Positions 25,125 through 31,811 of a stretch of 32,000 nt of DNA are shown in pieces. Source of the stretch: Patescibacteria group bacterium (GTDB lineage Bacteria > Patescibacteriota > Microgenomatia > UBA1406 > GWC2-37-13); NCBI GenBank assembly GCA_041650875.1, contig JBAZKI010000001.1, positions 43,350 through 75,349 of the forward strand. Direction: 5' to 3'. Under the pieces are notes generated by a model, which searched no databases, was not told the DNA's origin, and saw only the letters and a list, made by a program, of their open reading frames with translations. Within the stretch, counting starts at the first letter, position 1. Each line of letters opens with the position of its first letter. The position numbers and the translations under genes are program-made.

Positions 25125-25613
25125 ATGACTGATATACTTATATCAATGAACAGGTTTTTGAAACTTATCACATCAGTTGTCGCATGCATGAGTATCGGTG
25201 CTTTGGGCGGATGGTTTACTGCATCCTCGGTACGGACCTGGTACGTGACGCTTGAAAAACCTTTTTTCTCTCCTCCTAACTGGGTATTTGCACCTGTCTG
25301 GACTGTTCTTTATATCATGATGGGTGTTTCCTTTTATATTATCTGGACAAGTAAGAAAGGCAATAGGAAAAAGGCAGTGGCGTTTTTTTTCATACAGCTT
25401 GTGTTGAACTTTCTATGGTCTTTGGTTTTTTTCGGCCTCCGCCTTCCTCTTCTTGCTTTTTTCGATATAGTCCTGCTTTGGATTGCGATCGTGGCTTCAA
25501 TCCTGCAATTTCATAAAATTTCAAAACCATCAGCTTACCTTTTATTACCCTACTTTTTGTGGGTGAGCTTTGCCTCTCTTCTGAATCTCTCAATCGTCAT
25601 ATTAAACCGTTGA
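25125..25613 (+). CDS. tspO: TspO/MBR tryptophan-rich sensory protein
   Basis: WYVTLEKPFFSPPNWVFAPVWTVLYIMMG, LNFLWSLVFFG, LLLPYFLWVSFASLLN; five TM helices. Confidence 0.85.
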   Translation: MTDILISMNRFLKLITSVVACMSIGALGGWFTASSVRTWYVTLEKPFFSPPNWVFAPVWTVLYIMMGVSFYIIWTSKKGNRKKAVAFFFIQLVLNFLWSLVFFGLRLPLLAFFDIVLLWIAIVASILQFHKISKPSAYLLLPYFLWVSFASLLNLSIVILNR

Positions 25614-25641
25614 GAACTTATTTTGCTGAAGCGCGATAGAT

Positions 25642-25827
25642 TTAACAGTAGTTTTTTCTTTGAAATCCTCTCATGGTCAATTCGTTTATGGAAAGCGCAA
25701 AACAGTCATGACATCCGTTTATCCATTGACTCCTGTAGTAAACTTCTGTTTTTTTTGAAGCGATGATATGACGGTTACAAAATGGACAGACATACATAGT
25801 TTGTTTTTTTTGTGTTTGTTTTTTCAT
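25642..25827 (-). CDS. Small zinc-ribbon protein
   Basis: The first ATG is at 25827 (the track ORF starts at TTG 25830). CPFC ... CHDC gives four Cys ligands. TATAAT lies about 31 nt upstream. Confidence 0.4.
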   Translation of the reverse strand: MKKQTQKKQTMYVCPFCNRHIIASKKTEVYYRSQWINGCHDCFALSINELTMRGFQRKNYC

Positions 25828-25963
25828 CAAATCTATCTAATTTCTCTTTAACAAAATCATTATACACCAATATAATCCGCCTTTACCTGGAAAGAAGAAA
25901 TATATTACACAATCATTACTGAAGTCTTATATACTTGTCAAAAAAGGATATTACTATTTTTTT

Positions 25964-26413
25964 ATGCATATGATGAAAATCAGGACACTTCTCATTATGG
26001 CCTTTCTTCACTTTATTGCCATGTATTTTCTTATGTATGCTATGGTGGATCGCGCCGGATATGTGTACCTGAATCTCAATAATCTGTATATGGCATCTCT
26101 CATGACCTCTCCGATGCTTATAATTGAGATCATCCTTATGGGCTCCATGTATAAAGAAAAAAAGATCGTGCAGTTTCTTCTTGCAGTAAGCATTGTGCTC
26201 TTTGCCGTATCTTTTATTTTTATCAGACAACAAACCGCAATTGGAAATAAAGAATTTATACGGTCCATGATACCCCATCACTCAGGAGCAATCCTCATGT
26301 GCCGGGAGGCAGATATAAAAGACAGGGAACTCCAACAATTATGTACATCAATCATAAAGTCGCAACAATCTGAGATCGATCAGATGGAGGAAATATTGGG
26401 AAGATTGGACTGA
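25964..26413 (+). CDS. DUF305-domain membrane protein
   Basis: N-terminal TM helices, then IRSMIPHHSGAILMCREA...IIKSQQSEIDQMEEIL, the DUF305 four-helix motif. Confidence 0.75.
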   Translation: MHMMKIRTLLIMAFLHFIAMYFLMYAMVDRAGYVYLNLNNLYMASLMTSPMLIIEIILMGSMYKEKKIVQFLLAVSIVLFAVSFIFIRQQTAIGNKEFIRSMIPHHSGAILMCREADIKDRELQQLCTSIIKSQQSEIDQMEEILGRLD

Positions 26414-26427
26414 GAGACACCGTTCCT

Positions 26428-26922
26428 TTAAGTATGAGATCTATGGTGACCTAATAACTGTTCTGTTTCTGTACCAAGCATACAAGAATATCTTGTCCCC
26501 ATTTCAAGTTCAAAGTCAAAATAGGTTCCAGGAGTCTCAGCTGCATTTATCACGGCAGCTGCAAGCTCGGCACGCCAATCCTGGCTTTCAAGACTAACAA
26601 CAGCAGGTTCGCGACCACTCAGAACAATAAGAGTCTTCGGATCATTGTACGGACTGAGCACTTCAAACCAAACTCCCATAACATCAATAGTGGGATCAGT
26701 ATATCCTCCTGTCATAAATTGAAAGTGGATACCCTGACCAACTACTCCATATCCTGATAAAGAAAACGGAGTAGGACCCATTGGCCTTCCAGGCCATTCT
26801 CCAATTCCAGATGCTTTTTCGCATACATCCCATATAGGAGTACCAATCTGCACTAGACTTTCGGGAGTAGCACGCTGTAAATCTGGAGATACAGGTCTTC
26901 TATATGATTCATAGGTAGCCAT
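26428..26922 (-). CDS. Orphan protein D (164 aa), no recognisable domain
   Basis: ATG start. Arg:Lys is 8:2 by my count, and it is rich in G/P/W/T. It is preceded by a promoter/leader cassette homologous to those of orphans A and B. Confidence 0.6.
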   Translation of the reverse strand: MATYESYRRPVSPDLQRATPESLVQIGTPIWDVCEKASGIGEWPGRPMGPTPFSLSGYGVVGQGIHFQFMTGGYTDPTIDVMGVWFEVLSPYNDPKTLIVLSGREPAVVSLESQDWRAELAAAVINAAETPGTYFDFELEMGTRYSCMLGTETEQLLGHHRSHT

Positions 26923-26930
26923 ACATCAAA

Positions 26931-26959
26931 ATGATAGCATATTGATGCTCTAAAATCAA
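26931..26959 (-). promoter_or_regulatory. Promoter of orphan D (extended -10, near-leaderless)
   Basis: Minus strand: TTGATT (26959-26954), a 17-nt spacer, then TGcTATCAT (-10 at 26936-26931). ATG follows 8 nt later. Confidence 0.55.
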
Positions 26960-27000
26960 AAAAATTGTTTCCGATATGCTATTATTCAAAGTTGTATTTC

Positions 27001-27564
27001 TCAACCATCTTCAACACGCCGGGAGTAGATGATGGTACGCATTGTATAATCCTTTGTTCTTGTATCGTAGTCTCCGGAACAGGTGATGAGATTAAGATTA
27101 TATGCACTGCTTGAGCCGTATACTTTTTCAACAGAAAAAGACATGACATCCACCAATTCTTTTTCCACAACTCGGTAGTGGTGTTTGTTTCCTTCTGAAT
27201 CCACAATATAGATATCATCTCCTGTTTCAAGGACAGACAAGTTTCTGAAAATTCCAGGAGTCAAGTCCAGATTGGTTGAGTGTCCTTGAAGAACAGCGTT
27301 TCCCGGATGACCTGGTTTTGCACCTTGCCGATACCATCCAACATCATATAAAGGCACATCAACCAGATTTTCCTTGTTCAAGTCAACCTCACATATCTTT
27401 GTATCCATTTGTATCTGGGGGATAATCAGTCTTTGAGGAATAGCCGGTTTTGCCGCAATGACTGTATTATGAAGAACAGGTGAAGTTTGTTGCGGAACTG
27501 TAGTATTTTTTCCATGTAAAAAAAAAGACGTCAGCGTATATAAGACAGCGATCAATAAATTCAT
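27001..27564 (-). CDS. Sortase-family transpeptidase
   Basis: N-terminal anchor, LIIPQIQMDTKI, catalytic His in VLQGHST, Cys in LNLITCSG, Arg in YTMRTIIYS. Confidence 0.85.
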   Translation of the reverse strand: MNLLIAVLYTLTSFFLHGKNTTVPQQTSPVLHNTVIAAKPAIPQRLIIPQIQMDTKICEVDLNKENLVDVPLYDVGWYRQGAKPGHPGNAVLQGHSTNLDLTPGIFRNLSVLETGDDIYIVDSEGNKHHYRVVEKELVDVMSFSVEKVYGSSSAYNLNLITCSGDYDTRTKDYTMRTIIYSRRVEDG

Positions 27565-27589
27565 GGCAAAGTATTGTACCGTAAAACCA

Positions 27590-28141
27590 CTAGTTTATCA
27601 AGCGTGCAAAAACGACAACCCGAGATGAATATTCATCGGTGTATTTATCATATATACCGCTACACGTGATAAGAATCAAGTTCGATTGATCCGAGGGCCC
27701 GAATATCTCATATATCGGGAAATTATCAACAGGTATCTCTTCCACTTTAAATACTTTAAAAGTATATGTATTGTCATTATCATCCTCTACCATGACAATA
27801 TCTCCTGCTTTCAAAGACTCAAGCTCAAAGAAAATTGAGGGTTGAAGTTCCGGAGTATTTATATGACCGTCAATTACGGCGTTGCCTTTGTCTCCGGGCT
27901 TCACCCCCAATTTATACCATCCTGCCTGATACACATCCTGTGGCACTGCCATGCGACCTTCCTCATCTTGACCTACTTGCTCAATCAAAGTGTCAACTTT
28001 GATTGCCGGTATAACTAGTCTTTGAGGATATCCTATATCTTTTTGGACTAGGTCAACTTTCGTCTCTGAAGGTATCCTCAAACTAAGCGCAATAACAACC
28101 CCCATGATCAGTGCCCCCATGATGCCAAATCTAAGGTTCAT
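27590..28141 (-). CDS. Sortase-family transpeptidase (second paralogue)
   Basis: N-terminal anchor, LVIPAIKVDTLI, VIDGHINT, LILITCSG, SSRVVVFA. Confidence 0.85.
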   Translation of the reverse strand: MNLRFGIMGALIMGVVIALSLRIPSETKVDLVQKDIGYPQRLVIPAIKVDTLIEQVGQDEEGRMAVPQDVYQAGWYKLGVKPGDKGNAVIDGHINTPELQPSIFFELESLKAGDIVMVEDDNDNTYTFKVFKVEEIPVDNFPIYEIFGPSDQSNLILITCSGIYDKYTDEYSSRVVVFARLIN

Positions 28142-28154
28142 ATGTTATTTGGCT

Positions 28155-28355
28155 TTAGTATCCGAATCCTGTGCGCGGTGCGCCGCTTGGCAGGGTGTTG
28201 TCGTTGGTATTGGTGTTGTTATCCGTATCTTGCTCTTGCATCACACCGGTGTCGTTTGTCTCATTGACATTCATATCAGTTTGAGCCAAAACTCCAAGCG
28301 CAATAAAGAGGGATGCGAACATCGCAATACCCATGAGTGTTATTTGCTTTATCAT
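28155..28355 (-). CDS. 66-aa secreted or anchored D/N/T-rich mini-protein ending ...LPSGAPRTGFGY
   Basis: I start at the second ATG, 28355, which has AAAGGGGA 8 nt upstream. The hydrophobic N-terminus is ITLMGIAMFASLFIALGVLA. It is the first gene of the sortase operon, 13 nt upstream of sortase 2. Confidence 0.55.
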   Translation of the reverse strand: MIKQITLMGIAMFASLFIALGVLAQTDMNVNETNDTGVMQEQDTDNNTNTNDNTLPSGAPRTGFGY

Positions 28356-28504
28356 GTTACTCATCCCCTTTCTGATATATCAATTGATAATTACCCGCAT
28401 CTTATTACGGTAAGTTCAAATATGATACATAGCTTGGTAAAAATCAGGTAAGGACAAATGCAGCGCCCAATCGTTAAAAATTTTTTATTGTATCATGTAT
28501 CTCA

Positions 28505-29875
28505 ATGCTACATATTATAAAAAACACATCGCACAGAATATTATTGCTCTTTGTCTTTATGTGTCTCTTGACATTAATTTTTTTTCTTTTCTATCATGCT
28601 TTACAGCCAAAAAAATCACTTGTCATATGTATCGAAGGCGACCGCAATGCCGTGGCCTCATCCTCTATCCTTCAGTGGTATCAAAAACCGTCAAGCATCC
28701 GTTTTGTCGGAGAATATGACCGAACATATATATCGTGGATCAGCCAAAGCGGTAAAATCCAGATACGATACTATGACAATATAAAAAATGTTTTTTCCCC
28801 TGTCTATACGGTTGACGATCTGTATCCGCATTTCAAAATAGAATCAAAAGACGATCATAATGCGCCGTCACTATTGATACTGCCTGACGGAAATATCCTG
28901 ATTTTCTATGTTGTCCATGACGTAAATGACTCTTTTTTCATGAAACAGACCGTGCGTGCCGAAGACATCTCCTCATGGACTGCCCGAAAGAACATAAGCG
29001 ACCCTGGCCCGTCCTCCCCTTACAATTATCCTCAGGCAAGACGTTTGGAAAACGGTGATATTTTTTTATTCTACCGTCATGGATACCATTACAACTCCAA
29101 CGAATACTACAAAATTTCAAAGGATAATGGACAAACATGGGAGAGTGCTGTAAAACTAATTGATTTCGGAAGCGACGGTGTATATGCTTTGATTTTTGCA
29201 AAAAACGAGACTATACATGTCACCTGGAGCGAAGCATTACCTGCGCCTCCAAGAAAAAACGTCTACTATATATACAGTCCAGACAAGGGTATCACGTGGA
29301 TGAAAAAAAATAAAACAAAGCTTACTCTTCCTGCAACACGCGATAACGCGGATATGGTATTTGATTCGGAGTACGAAGCCAACTCCGTATGGGATATTGT
29401 CGCAGATGAGAAAAATAATCCCTTTATCGTATTTGCTTATAAACAAGATCCTGAACATCAGTACTTATTTGCCCAGTGGGATAAGGCGTCATGGACTACT
29501 GATTTTATTACAATGTCCGAGCAGTTATATGGAAACGGACATTTTTTTTCCGGAGGAATTGTCATTGATCCTCATGATGTCTACACGGTATATCTGAGTA
29601 AAAAAAGGGGGCGGCTTGAGATTGAGAAATGGAAGTCAAAGGACAAAGGAAAAACATGGCGGCTTGCCGAAGAGATTACCAAAGACTCAGGACAGGATAA
29701 TTTCAGGATGCAGCTTGTCGAAAATTATACCGATAATCTTCGTCTTGTCTGGGCAAGCGGAGTATATGAGGGGCTTGTGGACAATCAGTGGACCGGATTT
29801 TCACATGTCAATATACAGTCAGACAAGACAAAGGAAAGCATCCCCCGCAAAGACTGTAAAACCCGGCCTTTATAG
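28505..29875 (+). CDS. N-terminally anchored BNR/Asp-box (sialidase-like beta-propeller) protein
   Basis: TM helix ILLLFVFMCLLTLIFFLFY and three SxDxGxTW boxes (SKDNGQTW, SPDKGITW, SKDKGKTW). The overall layout resembles the BNR_4 family. Confidence 0.75.
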   Translation: MLHIIKNTSHRILLLFVFMCLLTLIFFLFYHALQPKKSLVICIEGDRNAVASSSILQWYQKPSSIRFVGEYDRTYISWISQSGKIQIRYYDNIKNVFSPVYTVDDLYPHFKIESKDDHNAPSLLILPDGNILIFYVVHDVNDSFFMKQTVRAEDISSWTARKNISDPGPSSPYNYPQARRLENGDIFLFYRHGYHYNSNEYYKISKDNGQTWESAVKLIDFGSDGVYALIFAKNETIHVTWSEALPAPPRKNVYYIYSPDKGITWMKKNKTKLTLPATRDNADMVFDSEYEANSVWDIVADEKNNPFIVFAYKQDPEHQYLFAQWDKASWTTDFITMSEQLYGNGHFFSGGIVIDPHDVYTVYLSKKRGRLEIEKWKSKDKGKTWRLAEEITKDSGQDNFRMQLVENYTDNLRLVWASGVYEGLVDNQWTGFSHVNIQSDKTKESIPRKDCKTRPL

Positions 29876-29880
29876 CCTTA

Positions 29881-30564
29881 TTAAATGGCAAATTTTTTTG
29901 CCACAACAAGCCAATACAAACAGCTAAACATATAGGTCCCATATCCTGAGGTTACTTTTTCCGGAGGAACTGTGCCTTTAATAAACCGGGACTGGAATCT
30001 GTGTTTATCAAGAAGCGTAACCAGCATCTTTTTTGCTTCATGTTTTGTATAAACGACATCTGACCTTTGCATATGCTGACCGTCTTTGTTTATCCTTTTG
30101 ATATCTGTTCCAAAATCAAAAATAAAAAGACCACCCGGCTTCAAAACCCTGGATGTTTCTTGAATAATCGAGTCAATGATTGACTGCGGAAAAAGATGTA
30201 GTGTACCTGTATTAAATACACCGTCAAAAATCTGCCTTCTAAAGGGAAATACCGCGGTAATATCCTGCATCTGTATAAAAAGTTTTGGAGTAAGTTTTTT
30301 AGGTGTTGAGACGCGGAGTTTTATCAATGCGTCCTTGTCGATATCAGTCGCCACGACCTTATCTGCCTCCCGGAGCAGTATATTGTTATACCTGCCGTCT
30401 CCTGCTGCAAAATGCAACCATTCTCCATAGATCCGCTTGTCAGCCACGAGTTTTTCCAAGACAACAAGCGTATCCCGATCGCCTTTTCCCCAGATGGATG
30501 TTTTGGGTGTTTTTGTATAATCCAAGTCTTCAGTAAAAATGTATTTTTTAGGATTGCTTTTCAT
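29881..30564 (-). CDS. Class I SAM-dependent methyltransferase
   Basis: The first ATG is at 30564 (the track ORF starts at TTG 30582). Motifs: WLHFAAGDGRY (motif I), VVATDID, FDGVFNTGTLH, VLKPGGLFIFDF. Confidence 0.75.
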   Translation of the reverse strand: MKSNPKKYIFTEDLDYTKTPKTSIWGKGDRDTLVVLEKLVADKRIYGEWLHFAAGDGRYNNILLREADKVVATDIDKDALIKLRVSTPKKLTPKLFIQMQDITAVFPFRRQIFDGVFNTGTLHLFPQSIIDSIIQETSRVLKPGGLFIFDFGTDIKRINKDGQHMQRSDVVYTKHEAKKMLVTLLDKHRFQSRFIKGTVPPEKVTSGYGTYMFSCLYWLVVAKKFAI

Positions 30565-30660
30565 ACTAAAATTAAAATGCAAATAAAAACCGTTATCTAT
30601 AGCTTGCTAATTAAACAAGCATTTATTTTTTTTTGAAAGATTGCCATGTGTTGGTGTTTT

Positions 30661-31059
30661 TTATATTATTTGTATCCCTCGTTTTTTCAAAGCCTCCTTG
30701 CTCTCAAATTCAAGATAGTTCTGGGTCAACTCCTCACCTGACTTTATATCTCTTGCAGCAATAAGATATGTATCTTTATGCTTAGGGTCTTGAGTTAATG
30801 TAGGGGTAAATGAGTGGTTAATGAACTTGGAATTGTCAAAATCAACATGCCATTCATTATGAGTTTTATCCCAAAATCCCCAATATCTTATTTCATTTTT
30901 TTCTTTTTCATCCAGTGAATCAAATTCATTCACAGTGATATTTATATCAAGAATAGGACTTGCCGAATACACAACCTGTCCTTTTTTCAAATCTTCTTGA
31001 GTGAAAAGGCCTATCCCATGTATGATTGATCTGTCAAGCTTGTATTTGATGTGTATCAT
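30661..31059 (-). CDS. SET-domain protein (putative lysine methyltransferase)
   Basis: I start at ATG 31059, because the longer track ORF overlaps mazG. Motifs: IHGIGLFTQEDLKKGQVVY, FINHSFTPT, IKSGEELTQNY. Confidence 0.7.
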   Translation of the reverse strand: MIHIKYKLDRSIIHGIGLFTQEDLKKGQVVYSASPILDINITVNEFDSLDEKEKNEIRYWGFWDKTHNEWHVDFDNSKFINHSFTPTLTQDPKHKDTYLIAARDIKSGEELTQNYLEFESKEALKKRGIQII

Positions 31060-31093
31060 TACTTGTGATTTAAGATTAAGCAAATCGTGATAT

Positions 31094-31453
31094 TTACAAT
31101 TTCGTCCATTTGGTGTGCTTACCTTTGGATTTCTCAACCGGATATTTTTTTTGGTTTTTTTTAAGTTTCTCGGCTATTGCCGCATCGATATCTATGCCCA
31201 ATACCTCGGCAAGTTCAAAGGCAAACGTAAATATATCGGCAATCTCGCCTGTTATCTCCTCATGACTTTGCCTGTCTTTGACATAGTCCTCTATCTCTTT
31301 TTTGTTTTTCCAGAGAAAAAGCTCCAGAAGCTCTGAAGTCTCAATAGACAATGCAAGTGCTACATCCTTGGGATTGTGAAACTGCAGCCAGTCACGCTCA
31401 TCCCGGAATTTCTGAATCTTGCGTATTATATGCTCGTATTTCTTGTTTACCAT
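31094..31453 (-). CDS. MazG-like nucleotide pyrophosphohydrolase (small all-alpha type)
   Basis: FRDERDWLQFHNPKDVALALSIETSELLELFLWK, EEITGEIADIFTFAFELA, KLKKNQKKYP. Confidence 0.85.
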   Translation of the reverse strand: MVNKKYEHIIRKIQKFRDERDWLQFHNPKDVALALSIETSELLELFLWKNKKEIEDYVKDRQSHEEITGEIADIFTFAFELAEVLGIDIDAAIAEKLKKNQKKYPVEKSKGKHTKWTKL

Positions 31454-31576
31454 ATATGTTAAAAAAGGGCTTCTGTTAGGTCTAGTGTAATACTATTGGG
31501 AAATATTTGCAATAAATAGTGTGGCTATATCGTAAAAGATTCTGACCTACAGTGGCGTGTGTGAGATAAATCATCC

Positions 31577-31780
31577 CTAGTGTTTATGCTTTATATCTAT
31601 TTTCTTTGCTTCGATTTGTTTTAGGATTTTCTCCGCCCTTGAAAATCCGATCTTGAATTTTTTCTGTATCAAGAATGCGAGTGGAAAATCAAATCTATTC
31701 AGATAATTGACAACCTCGAGTAAAAGAGGATCCTCGATTTTGTTATCTGTTTTACTGATTTTTTGTTTCATATGAGTCAT
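31577..31780 (-). CDS. Stand-alone FtsK-gamma-like winged-helix protein
   Basis: The track ORF starts at TTG 31861 and overlaps the upstream gene; the first ATG is at 31780. DPLLLEVVNYL...AFLIQKKFKIGFSRAEKILKQIE matches the FtsK gamma domain pattern. Confidence 0.5.
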   Translation of the reverse strand: MTHMKQKISKTDNKIEDPLLLEVVNYLNRFDFPLAFLIQKKFKIGFSRAEKILKQIEAKKIDIKHKH

Positions 31781-31811
31781 TTTTTTAACCGATTTGAATG
31801 ACACGATATTC

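Noticed and set aside
21625-26922. Claiming a clear G+C jump for the orphan genes
   Set aside because: I hand-counted G+C on individual 60-nt lines. Lines within the orphan ORFs gave 22-33 G+C, and ordinary genes gave 17-28, so the ranges overlap. I rely on amino-acid composition (Arg>Lys) instead and leave nucleotide statistics to a proper calculation.
28155-28355. Calling the mini-protein a canonical LPxTG cell-wall-anchored substrate
   Set aside because: LPSGA and APRTG only approximate the motif, and the hydrophobic segment plus basic tail that define a sorting signal are absent. I keep it as a hypothesis, not an annotation.
21384-28389. Three perfect 12-bp palindromes (ATAGTTAACTAT at 21384, ATTGAGCTCAAT at 22259, TATCAATTGATA at 28378), considered as a family of operators
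   Set aside because: A rough estimate for AT-rich sequence of this length predicts on the order of ten 12-bp perfect palindromes by chance. The three sequences are also not alike. I mention them only where their position next to a promoter is suggestive.
1247-30636. Many 60-130-aa ORFs in the track that lie inside, or antisense to, larger well-supported genes. Examples: 1247-1435, 1478-1741, 3630-4095, 4936-5953, 7467-8250, 9187-9444, 9917-10459, 10800-11521, 13005-13696, 13859-14629, 16275-16812, 17247-18079, 18337-19074, 19328-19830, 20676-21151, 22757-23442, 24296-25028, 25390-25593, 25916-26281, 26982-27230, 28104-28451, 28495-29927, 30176-30636.
   Set aside because: They overlap genes with clear family motifs on the other strand or in another frame. 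Their translations are low-complexity or stop-avoiding, as is typical of shadow ORFs in AT-rich DNA. None has a recognisable motif.
30583-30660. Hairpin GCTTG-N9-CAAGC followed by a T-run, considered as a terminator for the SET gene
   Set aside because: The T-run follows the hairpin on the plus strand, but the flanking genes are on the minus strand, where the hairpin is followed by a mixed sequence. The orientation does not fit.
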